Source of the DNA: Phaeosaccion multiseriatum
Taxonomy: Eukaryota > Protista > Ochrophyta, other classes
Length of the DNA stretch: 64,000 nt
Direction of reading: 5' to 3'
Assembly (NCBI GenBank): GCA_965112735.1
Contig: OZ218962.1
Coordinates: forward strand, 1,240,001 to 1,304,000
Below, in pieces: positions 1 to 14,840 of the stretch. The translations under genes and the position numbers were made by a program. The notes beneath the pieces were generated by a model. That model saw only the letters and a list, made by a program, of their open reading frames with translations, was not told the origin of the DNA and ran no database searches. Positions within the stretch are counted from its first letter, which is position 1. Each line of letters opens with the position of its first letter.

Positions 1-1361
1 CTCACGTACAGCACCACGGGGTCCGCGCAGCCCGTCACCACTCTGCCCATCTCAATGTGCGCGATGCAGTGGTTCACGCCCACTAGCGGGACCTGGGTGT
101 GCGGTCAATACAACAGGGGAGGGGGTGTGTGTGTGAGAGAGAGAGAGGGAGCGGGCCATGCAAGAAAATGAAAGGGAAAGGAGCACGCATGGCGGAGAGC
201 GGGGGAGAGCAAAAGAAAGGGAAAGTAGCAAATGAATCGAATGGAAACACACAAACACACAAACAAACAAACAAACAAACACACACACCAGAAACTTCCC
301 TCAACCCTCCTCCATGCCACCTTACCTTCCACAGCAAAGACAGGGCCCTCGCGCACACTGCGCAAGTTTGGAGGGGCCCTCCCATGCCGGGCCCTTGCGT
401 GAAGCAAATCACAGACACGTCAGAGGGAGAGAGCGACGCCTCCTGCAGGGCCTGACGAACGAGAGCAACAATGTGCTGTACTCGGGGGCAACGGCACGGC
501 ACGGCACAGTACGGTACAGAGCAGCAGGCAGCAGGGCGTCAGGCATCAAAAATAATACACGGGCACACAAGTCCAATCAATCGAAGTCGAGCCATGGAGT
601 ATAGTCGCTACAAAGGAAAGTGACTCGACCAGGTATGTGCCTCTCCTCGGCCTGCCTGCGACACGTGTTTCCCATTCCATTCTCTCCACTCACCTGTTGG
701 TGGTGCTGGGCAGTCTCTCTGGGTAAGAAGCCTGTGCCTGGTGGTGTTACATATGTCTTGCGCGGGTTGGACAGAATGTCGTAGCTGCCCTGTGCAGAGC
801 CCTCTTCATTAGAAGCAGGACTGGCAGCAGCAGGGGTGTAGCGCAATACTCCGACCCCAACCTGAGCAGGAGGAGGAGCACGCGGGCACACACGGGTTAC
901 TCCCTACTTCGCCTCATGCACATTGGTTCTTGGCCTCGACCCTTGTGGCAAAGAGGTTTCGAAGAGGTCCAAGACACAAGGTGTGGAGGGCCTGGCAACA
1001 GATAGATGGACAGACCCCGCTTTTCAGGCAGAGAGACCAGCTTCTTGACCTCGATAGCACGTTTGCTGCTTCTCAGACTGACCAGACAGCTCCCTTCCTC
1101 GACAGTATATGATCCTTTCCTGCTTCTCAAGCGGACAAGAAGGCTCCCGCAATCGATAGGAGAAGAAAAAACTCTTTCCCTGCTTCCCACACCGACACAA
1201 GACATGAGACATAGCAGAGGCTTCTTTTCTGCTTCCTAGACTGAGAAGATACCTCCCAGTTCGTACACCACCCCAGACCTCACCTTATTCGCGCTCCCCT
1301 CAATGCCAAGGGCGATGAGGGGGCCCTTGTGGACCGAAGGGGGCAGATCGATCGCCTTCAT
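1..1361 (-). CDS. KAE1: tRNA N6-adenosine threonylcarbamoyltransferase (KEOPS Kae1/OSGEP), 3' end outside the window; exons 1361-1284, 861-694, 475-326, 92-<1
   Basis: Spliced translation [26 protein letters not shown]|VGVGVL...[21 protein letters not shown]|HIVALV...[11 protein letters not shown]...|[17 protein letters not shown]; canonical Kae1 motifs; all introns GT-AG phase 0. Confidence 0.96.
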
Positions 1362-1930
1362 CCTCAAGCTTTATCCCTGCACCGCTCCACGGCGCCAATC
1401 CCGTGCTCTGCTACCCTCCGCTGCTCCTGCTCATTCTCTAAAGCCTGCTGCTTGTTGCCGGGGGTCGTACTATGGGCTTATAACTGGGGAGGGAAAGAGC
1501 TGTGTCGTATGTCAACAATAATTGACTTACGGGAACCCTTTTCTGCCATCAACTGCCAGTCCCCCTCTACAATCCCCCCTCTGCAAACCGCTGATCCAGT
1601 AAACACAAACCACATCTCTTATCATTTATACGTTAGAGCAAATCATCCCGCAGCATGTTCTGTCCCAGGCCGGGGGAAAGGATTTTCTATAAAAAAGATC
1701 TATCCACTCTGACAAAAGGCAGCGCACCTGGCTGACTAACTTACGAACGAGCGAACTAACAAACGAACTGGAGGAGCGGGATGATCGGATGAGGTGAGGG
1801 GGAGCCCTGACCTCTGCTGCTGCATGATGTGCAACAAGGGTGCAGCAGAACGTAAAGGGACATACAATGAATGGGACGGGGGGAGGAGGAAGCCGGTGTG
1901 TGTGTATCTGTCATCCGTGTGGCACCTAAC

Positions 1931-5341
<3,411 letters not shown>

Positions 5342-5771
5342 GGTCTTTATACCGATTGTTTCGAAGTGTACCGATATCCATATTGCCTGGTTGGGGCAGC
5401 AGTTGGTGATACAGCAATCACGTGGCTGTCTGAGCGAGAACGCGGCGCTGAATTGGATGAGGATGACTGTGACTTCGACCGACAAATCCTCCCCAGTTCA
5501 ACACATGGGCGGTCGGGGGTCTCAGGGCTGGCCAGCTATGGCGTGCGGGCTTTAATAAACTGAAACTGAAACATAAACCCTTCCACCAGTCCACCAGGTA
5601 AGAGACCCCCCAGGTGGCCCTTCCTTCCCACCTTTGATTTTTGCGAACCTTGTCGGGGGCCGAACATCGAGGAATAGAACAGAGTCAACCAACAGAGGAG
5701 CTGCTGCAGCAGTTTGAGGTGCAGGGAGTCACAAAGTATGTGTGGGGCGTGGGTTGGACGTAGCATGGCAG

Positions 5772-5934
5772 TCGGCCCCTGACATGCTTCTGACAGGCCA
5801 GCCCAGAAGCAGGAAGACTTGGCCCTCATCATTGCCTTATTACATGGCTTTCCCCCAGAACCTGGAACCTGCCTGGCCGGCTGGCGCCGGCCAGAGAAGC
5901 AGGAGGGTCGCCTCAGAAGCATGTCAGGGGCCGA
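5772..5934. mobile_element. MITE-like non-autonomous DNA transposon (copy 1)
   Basis: 22-bp perfect TIR TCGGCCCCTGACATGCTTCTGA / TCAGAAGCATGTCAGGGGCCGA; flanking direct repeat TGGCAG (or ATGGCAGT if termini are CGG..CCG); related copies at 18011-18146 and ~19308-19427. Confidence 0.85.
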
Positions 5935-6039
5935 TGGCAGTGTGTGTGTGGGGGGTGGGCGGCATCATAACTAGGCGGAGGTGGCCTTGCGCCTTGCGCT
6001 CCTCCTTGTTGTCGAGGTAGGAGTGGACGGCGGTTTGGC

Positions 6040-6340
6040 CTATTGACACTCTGGTGACCATCAAGATTCTCCCCCTCTTGCCTCGTCCACCACAGTCGGT
6101 TCTCCGGCGAGGAAGCCGACCAACTTCTCCAGGGCGGCGAGCCTCTGTTCCATGCTGGAGTTCTTCTCGCCGCTCGAGAGGGCGGCGAGTCTCTGCTCCA
6201 GCTTAGAGATCTTCTCTCCGCTCGAAAGGGTGCGCTCCATACCGAAGATGCCGTAGGAAACGTGCAGGAGCTCGCTACTGGACTAAATGAGGGGCAAGAA
6301 CATGACAAGCAATGCGGTGCTCACGAGACCCCATATGATC
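6040..6340 (-). pseudogene. Degenerate 3' fragment of a DUR3 paralog
   Basis: Colinear with ~2010-2260 of DUR3 (e.g. gaagatgccgtagg..aacgtgcaggagctcgct..aatgaggggcaagaacatgacaa); in-frame TAG replaces GAG in FLPLIE; internal duplication of SSGEKISKLEQRLAAL. Confidence 0.85.
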
Positions 6341-6736
6341 AGGAGGCCCACCAGTCAGCCACAACAAGTGAAAAACCGCAGTGGTGTGGTTGTCTGGGGA
6401 AGCACTACTGGCAGTCAGGCTTGGGTGGTCACTTCCTCGGCCAAGCCCTGCTTGCGAAAGGTAATCAAATTGGGTGCAAAACAGGAGGAAGGGGGGCTTT
6501 ACACGAGGAAGGGGCGGGGCGGAGGGGAAGAAGCAACAAAAAAACGAAAGCCGTTCCTTCCTCCCTCACCTGTGGTGGGCGTACTCCGTAGGTACGCTCG
6601 TGGCGCACTCCCCGCACTCCATGATGTTGCGAGGGAAATTCGGAAAGTGATTGGATTTCACATCAGTTGGTGATCCAACCAAACTCACAGGTGGGCTGCT
6701 CCCTCTTTTCCCTCCCTTTCCTTCTCGTTAGCCTCG

Positions 6737-7750
6737 ATGCCTCCGACGTCCTACCTCGTGGTGAAGAATCCGTCTCCACGCAGCAATCAGGGCCGGATCA
6801 TCCGCTGTGCTGTGGCGTTTCGCTGCACGGAGGTCATCCTAATCGGCTACGACAAGTTTAGCACACATGGGGCGCACGGGTCACAGAAGGTGAGTCGTCT
6901 TGCTTCCTCCCAAAGGCGCTGGGGGAAGGAAGGCCCTCGACCTCTGGGCAGTCTTCACTGACGATCGATGCGCTGCTGCTCTCCTTTCCTCCTTGTTGCG
7001 AAGCACATGGCGTACCGTTGCTTTGCGCAGTGGTGCGAGGCTGCTGCCTACCTGCATAACCGGGGCTGCGAGCTGCACGGCCTCGCGCTACCGCAATTCT
7101 CCGAATCCAATGGCGTGGGCGGGAATGCGGAAAACCCATTACCACTGGAGCCTGTGCACACCCGGCCCTTCAGAGGCGATGCGGCCTTTCTCATTGTAGA
7201 GAGTGCCGAGGTGGCAGCGCTGTGCGATAAATTGCTGTACGTGGAGCAAGCGCCCGCCCCTCCACTGCCCTTGGATGGCGCGGTGGCTTTTGCCATTGTC
7301 TTGCACCATTTCGCAGAGTGGGCCGGGCTGGCCAGCACAAGCCACCAGGGAGAAAAGTTTCGCGTTGAAGAAGGACCGATGGAGAAGGTTGAGGGTGAGG
7401 ATGGGAGCGAGAGCAGCACGTCGGAGTGTGCCAAGTGCAAGCAGCATGAGGATCAAGCACAAGAGCCGCCGAAGCCGAGGGTGAGGAGGAGGAGAAAGAA
7501 GGGCTACCTTCTCGTGGTCCAAGGCTCCGCCCCTGCGGGCCAAGCACCGCCACGTCGCCCCCGGAGAGGGGAGGGGGACGCACGGCAGGGGGAGGGTGGG
7601 GACGAGGATGGACTCTGGGAGGGGATGGCTGCCATGTGGGGGGCGGAGGAGGACAACGAGGAGGAGGAGGGTGAGGAGCCGCAGCGACAAGAAGTGCCAG
7701 AAGACAAGAAACGGGAAATGCCAATAAAAAATGCAAGCATGCCCTCCTAA
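6737..7750 (+). CDS. SpoU/TrmH-family RNA methyltransferase-like protein (divergent); intron 6890-7003
   Basis: YLVVKN..SNQGRIIRCAVAFRCTEVILIG..FSTHGAHGS, PFRGDAAFL, CDKLLYV, AIVLHHFAEWAG..GEKF resemble the plant/protist small SpoU family. Confidence 0.75.
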
Positions 7751-7759
7751 AATCTCCTC

Positions 7760-9206
7760 CTAAATCTGCCCACTGCTGTCAATGGTGACTTTGGCCATGG
7801 GGTGCCCACTATACTTGTTGACAGGCATGAGGTTGACGCGAGACACGACGTCCATCCCCTCGAGCACCTGGCCGATGACCACGTTGCTCCGGTCCAGCTT
7901 GGGGTCGGGCCCGCTGGTGATGCTGAATCGGAAGGATCGCCCTCCCTTCTGCACCGTCACGAGCCCTGCGCAAGGGCACATTTGGGCACGAGTAGTCGTT
8001 AGAGGAGGGAGGAGAGCGAGTGAGCGAGCGAGAACGGGGCAGGCAACCAACTCAAGTGCTGAGCAGCATAAGATGCTACCGACCCGCAGAGACATGCTTC
8101 GCCGCCGTGCTGTCTGCGTTGACTCTGGGGAGGAAATCCTCTTCCTTCGCTTTCCGCCCCATGTAAGAGGGGATCTTCATCTTGCCCATATTGATCTCCT
8201 TGTTCCTGGAGAGAGGCGTAGGGGGAGGGAATGTTCGTTACGGTATTCCGTCACCACCAGGGACATGAAATACATTCATGGCCCGTCCAAGCCCCACCTC
8301 TTGATGGTGTCGACCGTGCTGCCCTCGAAGGACCAAGGTCCAACCACGAGGCCTTGCGCGTCTCGAGTGCTCAGCTCTCCTGCGAGTGTCCAGCACAAGG
8401 ATGGGTCGAGGTGTGAGGTTTGTCTTGGCCACCCCCCCCCACCCTGTGATCGACACACAACACATGATCCTTGCTGCCATCTCGTCGACCAAGTGTGGCA
8501 GCATACAATGTCCAGGGGATGCTCTCCCTTCCCACCACCACCTGATCTGACCTTTGCACAAGCTGGTGAAAACCTCTACTGCCGTGGGCGCCGCTCCCCG
8601 CCACAAGCCTGAGCGTTTCGAGACAGATCCATGACCACGAGCAGCACGGAGGGTTACTTCATGCAATGAAACAAGTTCAAGACAGGAAACAGAGATCCCT
8701 GCCCTCTCCTTACCTAACAAGACCCTCCCCGCTGGCTGGCCTCCCACGCTGACATCCAAATAGACCTTGTCCGACACCTCATAGCCCAGAGAGTCCTCGA
8801 CAACTGGCGTTCCCAAGACGGGTGCGTTGGTCGCGTCTTGTCCGTTATCTTGGCACGCAGCGTCAGAGGGCTGGCAGCGATCTCTCCCGCCCCAAACAAT
8901 GCCTAGCTGCCCGTCTATATCTGCCCACACCTCAGGTCTCTTTTTTTTTTCGGCCGCCCATGCATGACCGGGGCCGGTTGCTCCAACGCCTACCAATAAT
9001 CCAGCAGCTGCAGACGCCACATGACGTACAAAGAGTTGCCTTGATGTCCCAGCCTCGTGCGGTAAGGTTGGTAGTGGCTGGGGAGGGAGTGGGGGAGGCG
9101 TCGGCTTCCCCTTGAAGGCGAAGATGTACGCATTGCAGCTGTACCAAGAGCAGCACAGCAAACCAAGTTGGAAGGCACACCGCCTAAAGCAGTACTTGGA
9201 TTCCAT
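7760..9206 (-). CDS. Cyclophilin-type PPIase, probably plastid/thylakoid-lumen targeted, multi-exon
   Basis: VSDKVYLDVSVGGQPAGRVLLGLWRGAAPTAVEVF, F.ITSGPDPKLDRSNVVIGQVLEGMDVV..VTIDSSGQI; N-terminal signal peptide (CNA-Y) and a lumen-like hydrophobic stretch ending AWA. Confidence 0.85.
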
Positions 9207-9762
9207 AAGAAGAAAGGATTCCCTCTTTCTTCGGGATAAGATCGGAGAGTTCGGGAAGAAGAAAAAGAGGGGGAAGATTGGGGCCAGCCAACTGCAGGCG
9301 TTGGTCATACAGGAAAATTCACAAATGGACCTGCTCACTCGCCTTCTCTCCCTCGCGCTCGTGCGCACGCTCTCGCCCCCTCTCCCACTCCTCTCCCGCC
9401 CTCGGTCTCACCGCCTGCTACCCCTGCTCTCTCTCACTGTCTCGCCCTCCAGCACCTCGGTTCCCCTATCCCTCTCCCCTCCCCTCCCTCCCCCTCCCCC
9501 CTCTCGCCTCTCGCACTCCCGTCCCGCTGTCTCCCCCCCTCTCCCTCCCGCCCTCTCCCACTGTCTCCCACTCTGACCTCCCCCCCCCTCCCCCCTCCCC
9601 GTCTCTTTCGCGCGCCACTCGCTGTCCCTGCTCGCCTCTCCCCTCTCCCCCCTGGTGGAAGACGGAAGACCACTGAAATTTCAATGTTAGTAGATTTGTG
9701 TTGGCTTTGTATTAAGGTGTTCGGCAGAAGCCCCCTCCTCGCACTCGCACACAATCTCTCTA

Positions 9763-11336
9763 CACTCGGACAGATGTGATGAACTCCTCGTCTTCCTGTC
9801 GATGCAGAGGCGCCGCCGACGACGGGTCAGCAAGTGCCCCACCACCGGAGGAGGAGGGCAGATCAGCGCCTCCTGCCCCGCCGTCATCAAACTCCAGGCT
9901 GCTGCTGATATGATCGCTGAAAGAAGACACGTTCCTGAGACCATGGTTCCTTGAGTTATTGCTGGTGCTGCTGCTGCTGGTCACAGTGGCAGCCTCGTCG
10001 CCCCCCCCATCATACCCTTCTTCTTGTCCACCACCCATCGAGCCGCCCTCTCCGCTGCTCGTCCCCTGCTTGATGCCTGACCCCGCCCGCCGGAGCCTCT
10101 TGTTCACGCTCTTCATCCACGAAGTCGCTGCCGCCGCCGCAGAGGTAGCCGCACGGGGCGTTAGAATGCCCCCTCCAGTGCCATCCTCCTCCCCGGCCTT
10201 CACCCTACCACTCTCGGCCACCATAATGTCGCTCTCCAGGGACGACGAAGAGCTGCCCAGGACAGGGGAGAGGGCTGACTCAGAGGTCGGCTCCGGCGAG
10301 GAGGGGAGTTCAGGCACAGGCCGCATGGGGGAAAGAGGGGAGGCACCAATCTCGTCAAAGGTGGTGCTCTCCCTCTTGTTAAAGATACTCGTCCCCCAGG
10401 GAGAGCAGCTACTCGCCGGCTGCGACACCAGCTTCAGAGCGGCGATCTGAGCGGAGGCATGCGAGGGGACGGTGGCGCGGCAAGGTCAGCACAACCAACA
10501 AAGGGGTGGGCGTGGGCGAGGTGATTCGCTTCCCCAGCCCCTACTACACTCACCTCCTTCTTCTGCAGATTGTACTTTTGAGTGAGGTCTCTGAGGGCCA
10601 GCGCCTTTTCATAGAGGTCCTTGCGCTGCTTGCCTAGTTGGTCCTTCATCTGGTCAGATTCGGCGTGGTGCTGTGCCAGCTCTGTCTTGACCTGAGAGAG
10701 ACAAGTGAGCAGCCGAATGACAAAACAAGAGTGAGACGGAAAGGAAAACGCCACCAACAACAACGCCGGGTTGCTTGCGGTGTTTGCTGACTTGCCGTTC
10801 CAGTGGGCGAATGGGGAGCGAGCGAGCCGGCAGTGTGCACGAGACTTTCTCTCTGAGTGACTGACCTGGATAAGCATGTTAAGTGTCGTCTCCACGTCCT
10901 CGAATCGCTTTGCGCTAAGGTCTATTCCTCCTTCTCCGAACTGCTGTCTGGCCTCAAGAGAGACGGTGGCGAGCTGCAGGCGAAGCTCTGTGTTCTCTTT
11001 GATCACTTCTCTCTTCTCCGCCAGGGCTATACTCCACACCGACCGACAAAGGAGAAAGCACACAGGGAAATGCACACAGGCACGGTTGATCAGAGTACGA
11101 GTACAAAGGGCTGCTCGAGACCCTTGCATGTCGGGGTGCATCCTGTGGTCAATTTCAGACCCTTGCTTGCTTTGGGGCCTTCTGCAGCGTCATGCAGTCT
11201 TCTAACTTACCGGCCTCCTTTTGCCTGCGCGCCTCCTCTGCTCGGGCCTCGGCATCATTCAAAGTGTCTTCTGCGTAATCCTTCTGCCTCTCCGCCACCC
11301 CCAACTGATCAAGCAGCTCTTCTCTACAAGTTTCAT

Positions 11337-11367
<31 letters not shown>

Positions 11368-12419
11368 ACAAAAACAGCAGCAGCAGCAGCAGCAGGAGAG
11401 ACAAGTGCGTGGGGAAGGGGAGGGGGGAGAGCAGGGCAGCGGAGAGGTATGGGTAAGCGGACAAGCAACGGTCAATCACTCGTTTCGTGGCGCTTCTCCT
11501 CCCTGTACCGCTTCTCCTACCTGTCGGCATCCATGGCGGCGAGATAGTACTTCAGGCGGCTAATCTCCCTGTGAGTGACATTCGTTATGGTGAGTCCCAT
11601 CCATAGTCGGGAGACAGAGCAAGGGCAGCAAGCGGGGGTGGGGCATGTGGGGAAGGTTTCGCAACATGAGCACGGTGGTTCCCTCATCGAGGCAGGTTTG
11701 CCAGCGACCATGAGTATATCTCTCAGACCTTTTGCGTGCCGCTGCAGACGCCACTTCGTCCTCTGTGTCCTCGTCGTCCTCTGATGCAGAGGATGAGGGA
11801 TCATCCCACTTCCTCATGAGTTTCCTCCTTCGAGCTTCTTTTCGGGACCGGAGGGTAACCTCCCCACATCCGGGGCAGCAGGTATCCTTGTCCTTCTCCG
11901 TTGTGGAGCAGAAGGAGGCTTTGGGAGAGAGCATCTTGAGCATAAACGCTGCGAGCTCCTCCTCCTGCTCTCCGCTCAGGCCCCCCTCGTCCTCCGGGTC
12001 AAGCTCTTCCCCAACCAGCACAATCTCGGAGGCCTCTACGGGCGTCGGGGGCATCACCGATACCCCCTTTTGTTCTCTTTCCTCATTGACCTCGTCACTG
12101 CAAGCAAAAAGGAGCACACAAAGACTTCCAGGGTCAGCAGAGTGAAGGGCGTCTTGTCGGAAAAATACTCTTCTCATCACGATCACACCCACCTTTCGAA
12201 TCCGGATTCCAGACTGGAGTTGCTCATGGGGGGGGACAGAGGAAGAGTTTGCGGTGCCACCATCGCACTGTTTTGTTGCTCTCCATCATGCGCAGCAGTA
12301 CCGCCCTTGCTGCACGGAGTGACGACTGCCACCCCGACCTCATGAAGGCCAGCTGCGTTCACAAAATCATCCGCAACCCCGCTAGTGCTCTTCCCGGAGC
12401 CTAGCTGGGGATCCATCAC
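9763..12419 (-). CDS. Hypothetical coiled-coil protein, multi-exon, boundaries approximate
   Basis: Linked exons with GT-AG ends and heptad-rich peptides (KENTELRLQLA, QVKTELAQHHAESDQMKDQLGKQRKDL); no family recognised. Confidence 0.55.
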
Positions 12420-12630
12420 CATTCGCCTCCCTCACTCACAGCCACTCTTTTGCTGCTTCCTGGCACACCTTCGAGCTTCAAACCACAGCACAAGGGTGCA
12501 AACGTGGAAAAGAGGTAAACTGGACCAAAAACAGAAAATGCGTAACGGCGAGCGCAGTTGTCGACGATGGGTTCACGTTGGTTGTCCCACTCCCTCGTGC
12601 TTCTTCTTGCACGCCCTGTTCACGCTCACG

Positions 12631-13601
12631 ATGATCTGCGAGGGGGCTACGATCTCTGGGGACGTATCTATTGGGCCCGGGTGCATCATTCACCCGAACT
12701 GCCGGATCGATAGCAGCAGAGGCGGGCCGATTGTGCTCGGAGAAGATTGCATTGTGGAGGAGAGGGCAGTGTTGGTGAATACCTCCTCCCGTCCGATGGT
12801 GCTGGGATGCCGCAATCTCTTTGGTGTCGGATGTCGAGTCATGAGCAAGAGCGTGGGCGACGACAACATCTTCCAGCCCACGTGTGTGGTCGGCGAGCAT
12901 GTAGAGATTTTCAATGGCTGCACGGTTGGTGAGTGAGTGCGTGCATGTGGGGGGGGCTCTATCTTTGCAGGGATTGCATTTCCTTTCAAGCAAATTGGGA
13001 CCGACCTTGGGCTCCGAGGCAGTGCGAAACATGGGAAATGGGGCATTCTCTGACACTCCGTACACACCTTCTTTCCTTTCAAAGATCCCGTCCTTGAATC
13101 ATCATTCGCCTCGATTCCTGTCCCTGCTTCGATTCAACCTCTCGCCTCGCCCCTTCGCAGGCCCTTCGCTGGTGCTGAAGGATGCTCTGACGCTCGCAGA
13201 CAATAGCGTCGTCTTCCCAATGAGCACGGAGGTTTTCGCCTTTGGAATTAACACACCCACGCACAACACGGAGTGGAATGTAAGAGAATGTTCTCTGGTG
13301 TAGCTGTGTGTGCACAGAAGCCCTCTTTTTCCCTCGCGCATCGAATCACCGTCCTTCTCCTCCTGTCTTTTTACCTCACGCGCCTTTCCTCCCGTGGTCA
13401 TGTCTTGCCCCAACCCACTCCCTCCCTCCCTCCCAGCGATCAGAGGTGGATTGCTACCGCGCCTCTCTCTCCAGGCTCAGTCGATTTCATCGCATGCAGG
13501 AGCACACGCCTTCCCCAGCTCCTCCCCAGCAGCAGCACCAGGCGCCCCCGCCTCCACCCAGTATTGACACCCCTGCGGAGGCAGAGAGAGAGCCGAACTG
13601 A
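12631..13601 (+). CDS. DCTN6: Dynactin subunit 6 (p27)-like left-handed beta-helix protein
   Basis: ICEGATISGDVSIGPGCIIHPNCRIDSSRGGPIVLGEDCIVEERAVLVN..MVLGCRNLFGVGC..VGDDN..NGCTVG; terminal exon EVDCYRASLSRLSRFHRM. Confidence 0.85.
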
Positions 13602-13610
13602 GCCGTGAAC

Positions 13611-13684
13611 ATCAGCTAGGCAGGGCCGGGATACAGCGGACCGTAAGTCAGCGAGGCAGGGCCGGGATAACAGCGGACCGTGAG
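13611..13684. repeat. Two-copy ~37-bp tandem direct repeat just downstream of DCTN6
   Basis: tcagctaggcagggccgggatacagcggaccgtaag / tcagcgaggcagggccgggataacagcggaccgtgag. Confidence 0.85.
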
Positions 13685-14537
13685 CAAGCTGGGAATCTGA
13701 GGCCAAACATCCGCTTAGTTGGGCACACACGGGGTGGATGGAAAGGTACCCGTAGGCTCACAAACCGCGGGCTTGATGAGGAAATACTGCCCCTCGCCCC
13801 TCACCTAGAGTCTTCTCAAAGGCTTTTCGACTGCAGTACTTGGCGACAATTAGGGGCCTGAGCGCACTCACGACAAGTATGAGAGCCTGGCTGCCCCACT
13901 GCGCTCTGGTTTAGGGGTGGGGAAAGCGGTCACCTACGTCAGGCAACGTGGCCCAGGCATCGAGACGATTGAAGGCTGCTGGACAGTTCTCTTGTCTTGC
14001 GGATGGCCGGCTTTGTAAAGCCTCGCTCCTTGCCTCCTAATCGGCTGAGCACGTGCGGAGGTGAATGAAGCAATGCCCGAAGGCCCGAAGGCGTGCGGTG
14101 CAGGGCGAGCGAGAATAGACCTTCTTCGAGAACAAAGGAAGATTGGACGGGGAGGGAGAGGTGGTGAGTGACCTCCTGACCTCCCACCCACTTGTTTGGC
14201 CCTATTCTCCTCACCAACGAGCAGATGCCTCAAGCCGGGGGGGGGGTTGGGCATCTTGGGCACACGGCTTAGCCCTTGCTCGCACCATGCGTCCACCGCA
14301 CCGCACAACTGTTGTGGACTTTCTTGTGCGACAAACGAAAGCCTCCCCTAACGTGTGTAACAGATGCGTCACGCGCGTTTCATCAACTTCCAACAACCGA
14401 GACCCGCGTTCCTGTGTTGGTGATAAATCTGTGATTCCACGATATGTCAGTGATGGCCAGCCCGGCCGCTTACTTTTACTCCTTTCCCTCCCTATGGGGT
14501 CTAATAAACTGAGTTGAACTGACCTGCTTCTTCAGCA

Positions 14538-14806
14538 ATGTCTGCTTCACCGGGAGGTCCCTCCATCGAAGTGTCATACGATGAAACAATTGGTGAGACC
14601 CCATTTCTTCTTCCGATCCACCACCTGGTCCCCGCCCCCCTCTACTCTGCTAACTAACCGCTCCCTTCCCCCTGGCCTTCATTCAAACTCATACCAGAGC
14701 TGTGCCAGGAGAAAGGCAAGCTTCCTGTGAACTGGCCCGAGATGTTGAGGGACGTTCAGGTGTTGCTTGAGCGTCGTTTAGTAGACCTCTTCCAGCACGG
14801 CCAGGA

Positions 14807-14840
<34 letters not shown>

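Noticed and set aside
862-1283. Relatively long KAE1 intron 1 with small ORFs
   Set aside because: No recognisable domain, repeat or snoRNA boxes
5772-5934. MITE as an Introner (intron-generating element)
   Set aside because: All copies in this window are intergenic and none forms an intron
13611-13684. 37-bp tandem repeat as an LTR or enhancer remnant
   Set aside because: No second LTR, PBS or retroelement ORF nearby; kept only as a plain repeat
13768-13865. Possible C/D box snoRNA (TGATGA ... CTGA)
   Set aside because: Box C lacks the leading purine, the terminal stem is weak and I recognise no rRNA guide
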